DNA of 64,000 nt from Anaeramoeba ignava BMAN (taxonomy: Eukaryota; Protista; Anaeramoebae), in assembly GCA_028826165.1 (NCBI GenBank), contig JAPDFW010000070.1, forward strand, positions 744,001 through 808,000, written 5' to 3'. A model generated the notes under the pieces. The model did not search any database, was not told where the DNA came from, and saw only the letters and a program-made list of their open reading frames with translations. The translations under genes and the position numbers were made by a program. How positions within the stretch are numbered: position 1 is the first letter of the stretch; each line of letters begins with the position of its first letter. Of this stretch, positions 14,057 through 25,111 are shown piece after piece.

Positions 14057-16354
14057 TTAATTTGCAATTCTTTCTCTTTTTGGAGTATATTTTTTAGGAG
14101 TTTGAATTTGTTTATATTTAAGATTTCTATTTCTAATTGATTTTTTTAGATTTGGAATAAATTTATTTGAATCATTTTCTTTTAAATCAATTTCATTATT
14201 TGAATCATTTTCATTTAAATCAATTTCATTATTTAAATCATTTTCATTATTTAAATCAATTTCATAATTTGAATCATTTTCTTTTAAATCAATTTCATCA
14301 TTTGAATCATTTTCATTTAAATCAATTTCATCATTTGAATCATTTTCATTTAAATCAATTTCATAATTTGAATCATTTTCATTTAAATCAATTTCATTAT
14401 TTAAATCAATTTCATTATTTTCTTTTAAATCAATTTCATCGTTTGAATCAATTTCATAATTTTCTTTTAAATCATTTTCATCGTTTTCTTTAAAATCAAA
14501 CTCTTGAATTAATGGTTCGTTTATTATTTTTGCTGTTTTTTCAATCTCTTTTGATCTATAAAGTATTTTTTTGTTTTCAGACTCATTTTCTTCTTCATCT
14601 GAAGATATTGAAAAATTTTCATCTGAAAATATAAGATCTAAATCATCTTCTTTCATTTCTATCTCTCTTGACTCTGTTTGAATAATTTTCGATTTTGGTT
14701 TAATTGGTGATTTTATCTGAGGATTATAATTTTGAGAGTGATACGTTATTCTTTTATTTACAAAAACTGATACACATTCCTTTGGATATTCATCAAGAAT
14801 AATCTTCAATTTTCTGATGTCTTTTGGATTTATAAATTTAAACTTCCTCTCCTTTAATTCTGAAATTGATAAAGACATCAGTTCATTTAATTCTGCCATT
14901 TCAAGAGCTAAACGGATATTGTCTTGAATCAATCGAAAATAAATCAAATAAATCTCAATTTCTTGTGATTGGAAACTTGACAAAAAATTTGATAAATAAA
15001 AAATTTCGGTTTGCGATAATTTCAATTTGAATAGTTTTTTCAATTGATTTGAATTCAGAATTGAATCGAAATATGTGTAAAAAATTATCTTCTCTTCTTC
15101 ATTAGTCAATCCTTCTACATTTTCTAGAAAAACCCTTATAGAGTGAAAAGCATCCAAAAATAAATTCTTTTTGAGAAAGATATCCGTTTTGATTTGGATA
15201 TGACCCATATATTTTGCTTGAGGTTCAATTACACTCATCATTTTAAATGCAAAATCAATATTGTTCTGATTAACAATCCTTGCGATTATTTCCCATTGAA
15301 AATTGTCCACATCAACACGATCAAAAAAATTAAAAAAACTCTTTCTTAATTCATCCCATAATTGCGACGATAATAAAGGAATATAGAACCTTGTATTTTG
15401 TTGTTCTTCTTTCTTTCCAATATCAAGATGTCTTAAAATGCTCAAAAATTGCTGAATTGGTTTAGATATGCTAAAATGAAAAGCAAAATTTTGTGCAATA
15501 TTTTTGTTTTGCCAAAATTCATTCTGTGACTTAAAAAGTGGGAAATCGAGTAGTATGTAGTATAGAATCCATATTTTGCTTTCTGGTTTTATTGTTTCAT
15601 AATTTAAAATTGAGAGTAAAAAATTTTCATCTTTTCTGATGTTATTGATTCGATCTCCAATTAAAATTTCAATTAATAGTTTTGGATCCTCTTTTTCTTC
15701 AAAACTATTTAATATTTGTTCCAAAATATTGAAACCAATTTGGCTTTTAAAAAGTAAATTATTTTCAATAAACCATAAGGAAAGTTGGATAAAATGAGAC
15801 ATTGTGTTCAAATTTTGAAATTGTTTTTCAGTCACTGATTGTGTTTTTTGTTTGAAAATATACTCATTTGAAATGGTTTTCAAAATGATTCTGATTGAAT
15901 TTATTTTCCAAAGAAGGAAATTTAATTGATCAATTACATTTTTGATAATTTTTTGATTTTGATTTTGATTTCCAAAAATTTCAATTAACGATGAATTGTT
16001 TGGGATTTGGTTTATAATCCAATTATGAATTAAAAAAACTATTTTGGGAACTTGTTTCTGTTTTAATGATTTTTTGAGTGATTTTTTGATTGAAATGATA
16101 TATTGAGTTATAAAAGGAATAAAATTGTTTTTGAACAAAATTGATAACAAAATTAATATTTGTTCTTGTCTTTCATTCATTTCGATTGAGCTTTTAAATT
16201 GTTCTTTAAAACCAGAAATTTCATTTTGTAAAGTTGAATTTGTTTTGAATTTAGTATAAAATTTTGTGAGATTTTTAAAAATTTTTATTCCATTTAAAGA
16301 AATTTCTTGTAAGATTTCTTTATTTTTTTGAGGAGAATTAATTTCAGAATTCAT
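14057..16354 (-). CDS. ELYS/AHCTF1-like nucleoporin with acidic repeat tail
   Basis: 765-aa ORF. ILYYILLD, FAFHFSISKPIQQFLSILRHLD and LFKLKLSQTEIFYLSNFL match the ELYS helical-domain pattern. (NEIDLNENDS)n repeats lie at about 14170-14490. Confidence 0.55.
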   Translation of the reverse strand: MNSEINSPQKNKEILQEISLNGIKIFKNLTKFYTKFKTNSTLQNEISGFKEQFKSSIEMNERQEQILILLSILFKNNFIPFITQYIISIKKSLKKSLKQKQVPKIVFLIHNWIINQIPNNSSLIEIFGNQNQNQKIIKNVIDQLNFLLWKINSIRIILKTISNEYIFKQKTQSVTEKQFQNLNTMSHFIQLSLWFIENNLLFKSQIGFNILEQILNSFEEKEDPKLLIEILIGDRINNIRKDENFLLSILNYETIKPESKIWILYYILLDFPLFKSQNEFWQNKNIAQNFAFHFSISKPIQQFLSILRHLDIGKKEEQQNTRFYIPLLSSQLWDELRKSFFNFFDRVDVDNFQWEIIARIVNQNNIDFAFKMMSVIEPQAKYMGHIQIKTDIFLKKNLFLDAFHSIRVFLENVEGLTNEEEKIIFYTYFDSILNSNQLKKLFKLKLSQTEIFYLSNFLSSFQSQEIEIYLIYFRLIQDNIRLALEMAELNELMSLSISELKERKFKFINPKDIRKLKIILDEYPKECVSVFVNKRITYHSQNYNPQIKSPIKPKSKIIQTESREIEMKEDDLDLIFSDENFSISSDEEENESENKKILYRSKEIEKTAKIINEPLIQEFDFKENDENDLKENYEIDSNDEIDLKENNEIDLNNEIDLNENDSNYEIDLNENDSNDEIDLNENDSNDEIDLKENDSNYEIDLNNENDLNNEIDLNENDSNNEIDLKENDSNKFIPNLKKSIRNRNLKYKQIQTPKKYTPKRERIAN

Positions 16355-17278
16355 TAATTTTTATTTAGACACAATAAAAACAAAAATGAAAAAAATGAAA
16401 AAAATGAAAAAAATTTTTTTCTTTTAATCTTTTTTTGGGTGTTTTTTGATTTATGTTTTTTTCTTCTTTTTTTGCTTTTTTCTATTTTTTGAGGTTCTTC
16501 ATTTTGATCATAATCTATTAATTCTTCAGGAACTTTTGGGAATTTATAATTTTTTACGTGATCAACTTGAAGAACTCGATCTAGTAAACGAGCTCCATTA
16601 AAATTATCAACAGCCAAAATTGTACTTCTTTGATCTTCATAAGCAAGAAATGCAAAACCTCTTGATTTTTCAGTTTCTAAATCTTTAATTAAATTTATAT
16701 CAGTAATTGTTCCAAATCTAATTTTAATTTTAATTTTAATTTCAATTTTAATTTCAATTTTAATTTTAATTTTGATTTTGATTTTAATTTTAATTTTAAT
16801 TTTAATTTTAATTTTAATTTTAATTTTAATTTTAATTTTAATTTTAATTTTAATAATAATTTTAATAATAATTTTAATTTTATAAATGAATTTTAATTTT
16901 AATTTTTATTTTAATTTTAATTTTAATTTTAATTTTAATTTTAATTTTAATTTTAATTTTAATTTTAATTTTAATTTTAATTTTAATTTTAATTTTAATT
17001 TTAATTTTAATTTTAATAATAATTTTAATAATAATTTTAATTTTATAAATGAATTTTAATTTTAATTTTTATTTTAATTTTAATTTTAATTTTAATAATA
17101 ATTTTAATTTTAACTGAGAAAAAACTGTTAAAATATCTCCTTCAGTTAAATCTTCATCTAAACCTCCAACATAAATATATTTAGAATCTTTATATTCCAT
17201 ATGCCAAGAAGCTTCTGGTTTTATTCCTAAACGAAGTTCTTCTTCATTAATTTTACCAATTTCTCTTATTACATTCAT
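16354..17278 (-). CDS. RBMX2: RBMX2/Snu17 (RES complex RRM protein); intron 16718-17114; true stop probably near 16425
   Basis: SWHMEYKDSKYIYVGGL..LTEGDILTVFSQ|FG..KSRGFAFLAYEDQRSTILAVDNFNG..VDHV. Confidence 0.92.
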
Positions 17279-17489
17279 TTAAGAAAAATGAAAAATGAAA
17301 AATGAAAAATGAAAAATGAAAAATGTTTTTTTTTTAAATTTTTTTTCATTTTTTTTGTTGAAATTTCAAATAAAAAAATCAAAAAAAAACAAAACAAAAA
17401 ACAACAAAAAAAAAGGAAACAAAAACAATCCAAATTTTTTTTTAGATAAAAAGTGTCAAAATATAAATGAGAAGAAATGATAAAAAGTT

Positions 17490-18831
17490 TTAACAACGTT
17501 TCTTTTTTTTCTTTCCTTTTTTCAAATCAATTCTTGATGAAGGTTTTTTATTTTGAATTGGAGTTGGATTTTGAGTTTGTAAAGTTGATTCATAAGAAAT
17601 TCCTATTTTTTTCCAAAGTTCTTGAACATTTTCTCCAGTTTTTGAAGAAACTTCAAAAAACATTGATTTTAAAGTTTTTGCTTTTTGGTTTGCTTCTTCT
17701 GTTGTTACTTTCCTTAAATTTGGATCGCTTTCTACTAAATCTAATTTAGATCCAATTATAACTAAAATTGCTTCTGGATTAGTTACTGTTAATTTACTCA
17801 AAAATCGAGAGAGTCCATCATAACTTTTTCGATTTGTTATATCTATTTCAATTATTGATATTTATATTTATATTTATATTTATATTGATATTTATATTTA
17901 TATTTATTTTGATTTATATTGATATTTATATATTAATATTTATTTCAATTATTGATATTTATATTTAAATTGATATTTATATTGATATTGATATTTATGA
18001 TATTTATTTTGATATTTATATTTATATTTAAATTGATATTTATTTTAATATTTATTTTGATATTGATATTTATTTTGATATTGATATTTATATTTAAATT
18101 GATTTTAATATTGAATTTGAATTTGGAAATTTCATTTGAAATGTATTTGAAATGTATTTGCAATTCTAAAAGAATAAAAATATACCATAAACAAGTAAAG
18201 CACATCCAGCTCCTCGATAATAAAAAGTTGAAATAGAATCAAATTCCTCTAAATTTTATTGAAATAATAAATTAATAAAATATAATAATAATAATAATAA
18301 AATAAAAAAATACCTTCGCCTTAAATAATAAAATTAAAAGAAATTAAATTAAAAAAGATCAAAAAGAAAAACCAATTTTGAGAAAAAAATTTTTAAAAGG
18401 GGGTTTTTTAAAAATTAAAAAAAATTAAAGAGAATTTTAAATTAAATTAAAAAGAATTTCAAATACCAGCCGTATCCCAAATACCAAAGCTATATTTTTT
18501 TCCGTCTTTTGACTCGTATTGTTTTGCTAAATAAAGAAAAAATAAAAATAAAAATAAAAATAAAAAAGAAATAATTTTCAATTTAAAATTTGGATTATTT
18601 AGAAAATTTCAATTAAAAAAAAACCAAATTTAAATAATTTTTTAATTTGAAAAAAAAAAAACACAAATTTGCTTCTTCAATTAAATTAAAATTTTTTACT
18701 ATTAAAACATAGATTTGTTGGTTTAGTTCGATCTTCAAACTCATCAAATGTGTCAGAAACTAATCTTTTCATTAAACAAGTTTTCCTGCTTGTGATTCAC
18801 CTAAAAAAATTATTTTTAAATCCACATCCAT
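17490..18831 (-). CDS. Rab-family GTPase; exons 18700-18831, 18467-18526, 18314-18319, 18186-18248, 17490-17842
   Basis: Reconstructed MDVDLKIIFLGESQAGKTCL (one A missing near 18781), FGIWDTAGEEEFDSISTFYYRGA, GSKLDL, EVSSK and C-terminal KKKKKRC. Confidence 0.85.
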
Positions 18832-18916
18832 TTTTTATGTAAAAACCAAAAAGAAAAAAATAAAAAGAAAAAAAAAAGAAAAATGATCATTTTATTTTTT
18901 TCATTTTTTTTTTAAA

Positions 18917-19399
18917 ATGGAATTGTAATTTAATTTCAATTTAATTTCAATTTAATTTCTATTTAATTTCTATTTAATTTCAATTTAATTTTTATTTAAT
19001 TTCTATTTCAATTTTTATTTCAATTTAGACAGTAAAATTTCTTTTTTTTTTTATTTAAAATAATAAAATAATAAATAATAATAAATAATAAAAAGTGCTA
19101 TTTTTCTTTCATTTCCTTTAATTGTAAAAATTTTTGATAATTATTTCAGTTGGGAAGCTAATGATCCAGATAGAAATAGAAGATTAACAAATGATGAAAT
19201 TGAAATTATTGAAAAAAAAGGTCCAAATGAATTACAAAAAATTATTAATGAAAGACATGATAAAGCTCAATTAAAAGGTGAAAAAATGTATGTTGATCCA
19301 AAAACTGGTTTGTTTGTTATGACTAGAGATGCTTTATTAGAAAGAGGAACTTGTTGTGGAAATAAATGTAGACACTGCCCTTATAATAAATGGAATTAA
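18917..19399 (+). CDS. Small DUF5522/C1orf53-like Cys-rich protein (absent from ORF track; 5' exons uncertain)
   Basis: Exon to 19399 reads HDKAQLKGEKMYVDPKTGLFVMTRDALLERGTCCGNKCRHCPY. ATG GAA TT|gt at 18917 splices in frame. Confidence 0.8.
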
Positions 19400-19469
19400 A
19401 ATAGAAGATTTTCTAATAAACATTAAAAACACAAAAAAAAATAATTCTTTTTCATTTTCATTTTTAAAT

Positions 19470-21495
19470 AATTAAAAAAGTGGAATAAAATATATTTTGA
19501 AATAATAATATTTAAATAATAAAAATATTAATAAAATCTAATTAATTATAATTAAAAATTTAATATAAATTAAATAAAATATTTTAAATAAAAATAAAAT
19601 TTAATAAAATTAAATAAATATATTTATTTTTAAAATAAAAATATAGAAATAATAATATATTTTAAAAGAATAATATTTAAATAATAAAAATATTGATAAA
19701 ATCTAATTAATTATTAATTAAAAAATTTAATATAAATTAAATTAATCAAAAAGTGGAATAAATAAAATTAAATTAAATTAGATTAAATTAAAAAGTGGAA
19801 TAAAATATATTTTGAAATAATAATATTTGAATAATAAAAATATTAATAATATCTAATTAATTATAATTAAAAATTTAATATAAATTAAATAAAATATTTT
19901 AAATAAAAATAAAATTTAATAAAATTTAAATAAATATATTAATTTTTTAAAAATAAAAAATATAGAAATAATAATATATTTTGAAATAATAATATTTAAA
20001 TAATAAAAATATTAATAATATCTAATTAATTATTATTAAAAAATTTAATATAAATTAAATTAATCAAAAATGGAATAAAACAAAATAAATTAAATTAAAT
20101 TAAAAAGTGGAATAAAATATATTTTAAAAAGAATAATATTTAAATAATAAAAATATTAATAATATAATTTAAAAGAATTTAATATAAATTAAATAAAATA
20201 TTTTAAATAAAAATAAAATTTAATAAAATTTAAATAAATATATTAATTTTTAAAATAAAAATATGTAAAATAATTAATTTTAAAAGAATAATATTTAAAT
20301 AATAAAAATCTAATTAATTATAATTAAAAATTTTAATATAAATTAAATAAAATATTTTAAAAAAAATTTAATAAAATTTAAATAAATATATTAATTTTTA
20401 AAAATAAAAATATGTAAATAATAATATATTTTTAAAAATAATATTTAAATAATAAAAATATTAATAAAATCTTTAAATATAATTAAAAATTTAATAAAAT
20501 TTAAATCAAAAATGGAATAAAAAAAAAAATAAAAATATTAAATTAAAAAGAATAAAATATATTTTAAAAGAATAATATTTAAATAATAAAAATATTAATA
20601 ATATCTAATTAATTATAATTAAAAATTTAATATAAATTAAATAAAATATTTTAAATAAAAATAAAATTTAATAAAATTTAAATAAATATATTAATTTTTT
20701 AAAATAAAAAATATGTAAATAATAATATATTTTAAAAGAATAATATTTAAATAATAAAAATATTAATAATATCTAATTAATTATAATTAAAAATTTTAAT
20801 ATAAATTAAATAAAATATTTTAAATAAAATTTAATAAACAAAAATAAATATATTAATTTTTTAAAATAAAAAAATGTAAATAAAATATATTTTAAAATAA
20901 TATTATTTAAATAATAAAAATATTAATAAAATCTAATTAATTATAATTAAAAATTTAATATAAATTAAATAAATCAAAAAGTGGAATAAATAAAATAAAA
21001 TAAATTAAATTAAATTAAAAAGTGGAATAAAATATATTTTGAAATAATAATATTTGAATAATAAAAATATTGATAAAATCTAATTAATTATAATTAAAAA
21101 TTTAATATAAATTAAATAAAATATTTTAAATAAAAATTTAATAAAATTTAAATAAATATATTAATTTTTAAAAATAAAAATATGTAAAATAATATATTTT
21201 AAAATAATAATATTTAAATAATAAAAATATTAATAAAATCTAATTAATTATAATTAAAAAATTTAATATAAATTAAATAAATCAAAAAAAAGTGGAATAA
21301 ACAAAATAAATTAAATAAGATTAAATTAAAAAGTGGAATAAAATATATTTTAAAAAGAATAATATTTAAATAATTTTTCTTTTTATTTATTTTTAAAAAT
21401 TTTGATATAAATTAAATAAAATATTTTAAATAAAATTAAAATTTAATAAAATTTAAATAAATATATTAATTTTTTAAAAATAAAAATAAGAAAAA
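19470..21495. repeat. AT-rich complex satellite (about 110-150 bp units), copy A
   Basis: Recurrent AAAAGTGGAATAAA, AATAATATTTAAATAATAAAAATATTAATAA and TAATTAATTATAATTAAAAA blocks. Confidence 0.9.
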
Positions 21496-21497
21496 TA

Positions 21498-21567
21498 ATT
21501 TTATTTAATTAGTGGTAGTATTTAAACTTTCCATTTAATGGTCGGGGTTCGATTCCCCGTCTATATA
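21498..21567 (+). pseudogene. Degenerate tRNA-Gly(TCC) copy
   Basis: AGTGGTAGTA, CTTTCCAT and the exact T-arm GGTCGGGGTTCGATTCCCCGTCTAT match the tRNA at 46961. The 5' acceptor strand is destroyed. Confidence 0.75.
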
Positions 21568-22048
21568 ATTTTTTTTTTAAATTAATTTTTCTTTTTTATT
21601 TATTTTTATTCCACTTTTTTATTTAATTATTTAAATATTTAATTCTTTATTTATTTATATTTTTATTATTATTTATTTTTTATTCCACTTTTATATTTAA
21701 TTATTTTCTTTATTTATTATTTTTCCTTTTTTTATTTATTATTTTTCCTTTTTATTTATTTTTCCTTTTTTTATTTATTATTTTTCCTTTTTTTATTTAT
21801 TTTTTAACTGTCTACTTTTTTGTTTATTTTTTTTATTTTGTTTATTTTGTTTATTTTTTAATTTTTAATTGTCTACTTTTTTGTTTGGATAGTTGAAAAT
21901 TTTGATTTAAAAGAATCCAAAAATTGGATATTTTATTATTTTCAATCCTCTTTTTTTTATTTTATTTTATTATTTTCAATCCTCTTTTTTTTTATTTTAT
22001 TTTATTATTTTCAATCCTCTTTTTTTTTATTTTATTTTATTATTTTCA

Positions 22049-23185
22049 ATGATTGGTTCTTTTCTTCAAAAATCTTTTCCTTATTGGGAACTAAATCAAT
22101 TAGCAAAATTTATTCCTTGTGGAAGAATATTAGTTGCTTTAAAAGAAGAAAAATTTTATCCAAGTTGCAGTGTTCTTCCTTCCAAAGAAAAAACTTTGAT
22201 GAAAAAAATGATCGAACAAGGAACAGGAATTGGAGTAAATCATAACTTTTCAAAAAGAGTAGTTGAAGAAGTTTTAGAAATCAATGATCTTGTTGTAAAA
22301 ACAAAAGATGGTCGTCTTCCTGGAATCATGCATACTATTCATTGGAAGGATCCGAATATTTGGGCATTTTTGGAATTGAAAAATTCAACAAGTTTGAAAA
22401 ATCCAATTCTTTCGCGTTCAAATCATTCTGTTGTTGTTAACAATTTTGAAGAGTTCATTTCTTCTCCAGTTTCACTTTCTGTAGCTGAAGCCGCACATGC
22501 TCGTGGAGATCCTGGGATTATATTTTCCAACAATGACACTCAAGCAGCAGCACCTTGTGGTGAATTATGGTTAGATCCTTATGAAGCTTGTCTTTTAGGA
22601 AACATTAATCTTTTGGCACACATTTCTTACTCGCAAATTGATTGGGATGAACTAGCAAATACAGCAAGAAAAAGCGCAATTTTCCTGGATTCTATGATTG
22701 AGAAGATGATTGTTCCAGAACAAATGATTGATGTGATTATGAAAAATAGGAGACTAGGATTAGGAGTTATGGGATTTGCGAGTGTTCTTGAAATACTAGG
22801 CATTCCTTATGAATCTGATGAAGCAGTCGAGATTGCAGAAAAGATGAGCAGAATAATTTCATCAGAAGCTAGAAATGTTTTGCCTGATAGTATTGGGATA
22901 ACAGCTCTTGCCCCCACAGGAAGAACTGCTTTGAAAGTTGGTGTCTCTCATTCTATTGAACCTCTTTCTCCTCTGGAAGTTTCTCCAGAAGGTCATTTAA
23001 AGATTTTGGCTGCTTGGCAAAAATATGTTGATGGAGCCATCTCAAAAACAGTTATTATCCCTTTTGAAACTGATTCTAAAGAAATTCTCACAATTATCAA
23101 AAAAGCTTATCAACTTGGTTGTAAAAGTGTAACTTTATACAGAGAAGGAAGTGCTGGACATAAATGTGAAAGGTGTTTGAATTGA
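22049..23185 (+). CDS. nrdJ: Miniature class II (adenosylcobalamin) ribonucleotide reductase-like protein
   Basis: Intronless, 378 aa. FIPCGRIL, SCSV, GDPGIIF, APCGE..EACLLGNINL, RRLGLGVMG, APTG, WQKYVDGAISKTV, GCKSVTLYREGS and a C-terminal CERC. Confidence 0.85.
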   Translation: MIGSFLQKSFPYWELNQLAKFIPCGRILVALKEEKFYPSCSVLPSKEKTLMKKMIEQGTGIGVNHNFSKRVVEEVLEINDLVVKTKDGRLPGIMHTIHWKDPNIWAFLELKNSTSLKNPILSRSNHSVVVNNFEEFISSPVSLSVAEAAHARGDPGIIFSNNDTQAAAPCGELWLDPYEACLLGNINLLAHISYSQIDWDELANTARKSAIFLDSMIEKMIVPEQMIDVIMKNRRLGLGVMGFASVLEILGIPYESDEAVEIAEKMSRIISSEARNVLPDSIGITALAPTGRTALKVGVSHSIEPLSPLEVSPEGHLKILAAWQKYVDGAISKTVIIPFETDSKEILTIIKKAYQLGCKSVTLYREGSAGHKCERCLN

Positions 23186-23247
23186 TTTTTTTTTAATTTT
23201 GATTTTAATTTTATTTTTTGATTAAAAAATGAAAAAAAATTTTAATT

Positions 23248-25035
23248 TTAATTTTGGAATTTGATTTTAATTTTGATTATTAAATTTTTAATTAATAAAT
23301 CAAATAAATTTGGATTTGTTTGATTTAATTGAAAATAATCAATTCCAATTTGAATTTCATTAATTATTTCTTGTGTAATTTGAATTCCTTCTTTAATTTG
23401 ATTTGAATAAATCCAATATTCAAATATTTGAAATGATTTATTACTTAATTCACTATAATCTGTAACTTTATTTGATTTATCATTTGTTACAGATAAAAAC
23501 ATTCCTCGATATAATTCACTTCTCATTATTAATATTAATTTTGGAAATTTATATTGTTTTTCTTTTCTTTCAATTATAAAATCTTTTTCATTTTCATTTT
23601 CATTTAAATAAATTCTTTTAATTGTTTCTTCAATTTTTTCATTTGAATTTATAATTTCTTTAATTTCAGAATATAATTTTGGATTTATTTTGGAATTATT
23701 TGAATAAATCATTTCAAATATTTGATTTGATTCTTTAATTGATTTTTTTGAAATAATTTCTTTAAGTTTTTCAATTTGATTTTGATTTTGATTTAATCTA
23801 TATTTCAATATTAATTTATGAGCTTCAATTATTTCTCCATTTTCTGGTTTTAAATGAAATATCACAAAATTCTTTTCTTCTAAATAATTTTATCAAATCT
23901 TCTTCAAGATTGGAAAAGGAAAGAAAGGAGAATAATAAAGAAATGATCTGTTAGAACCACAAGAAATATGATAATTGGAAATATTTTCATTAAATCTTAA
24001 TTTAGGAAGTTCAATTTGAATTGGAATTGATTGATTTTTGTATCTTCAGTTCCTAATTGACCATTATAATTATCTCCAAATCCTATTAATTTTGGTTTGG
24101 AAGTTAAAATCAAAGTATGAGTATTTCCAACAGAAAAATCAAGAATATTATCATCATTTTCAAATAAAGATGATTTGATTTCAGTAAATTCATAAGTATG
24201 CTTATATTTGCCAAGTCCATTATATTGAAATATCCACATGAATAAAGTTTTCTTTTTGGATTTTCATTTTCATCTTCAATCAACATTATTGAATGATCAA
24301 ATCCAAATTGAATATCAATTATTTTACCTTTTGGAATATTTTGGATTTTGGTTAATTTATGGATTTTTGTTTCTTTTCTTGATTCTCCTAATCCAAGTTG
24401 TCCATAAAGATTATATCCGCATCCAAATAATTCTTGATTTGAATTTAAAAGAAGAACAGAATCTGAAGAATTTCCTGAAAATATTTTAGAAACATTTTTC
24501 ATCATTAAAATTGGTTTTTCTGTTTTTGGAAGTATTAAAGAATCTAAACCAAGTTGACCATATTTATTTAAACCAATTCCATAAGCATTTTGATTTGAAG
24601 TTAATAAGTAAATTGAATTTCTTCCAGAAACAATATCTTGAATTATTCTATCATTTGTATCTTCAATTAATGATGAAATATTGATAAATTCTTTTGGATT
24701 TTCTGGATTAATATCTTCTCCTTTGGCAAATACATTTCCTTCTATTGTTAAAATAGCTTCATTTCCAACACCAACAGTTACTTTTTGAATATTTTCAATT
24801 TGAATTTTTGAGGATTTTGTTTTGAATTTTGTAAATATTCTATTGCTTTTCCATTTTTAAAAAGGAAAATTGTTGAAAAATAACCTGATGAAATTTGTTT
24901 AATTTGTTTTTCATTTTCATTTTCATTTTCATTTTCATTTTCAAATTTAAATTGAATTGGTTTTTTGATTTTATTTGATTTATTTTTGATAAGTTTTGGA
25001 TATTTATTTAAACCAAAAAATATAATTTCATTCAT
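23248..25035 (-). CDS. RCC1-repeat plus BTB protein (several frameshifts)
   Basis: GLNKYGQLG, CGYNLYGQLG and FGDNYNGQLG RCC1 repeats; AHKLIL and ILIMRSELYRGMF BTB motifs. Fragments lie in different frames. Confidence 0.8.
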
Positions 25036-25111
25036 TTTTAAAAAGAAAAAAAATGAAAAAAATGAAAAAAGAAAAATTTTGATTTTTTGATTTGATTTTT
25101 TTAATTTTTAA

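Noticed and set aside
16352-16356. TAATG stop/start overlap of RBMX2 and the ELYS-like gene (translational coupling)
   Set aside because: One extra A in a homopolymer near 16445 gives HKSKKHPKKD-stop near 16425. The apparent extension is just the next gene's TTTTTCA upstream motif.
22049-23185. Intein in the RNR-like gene
   Set aside because: There is no insertion, no C...HN/C splice motif and no homing endonuclease; the protein is shorter than normal.
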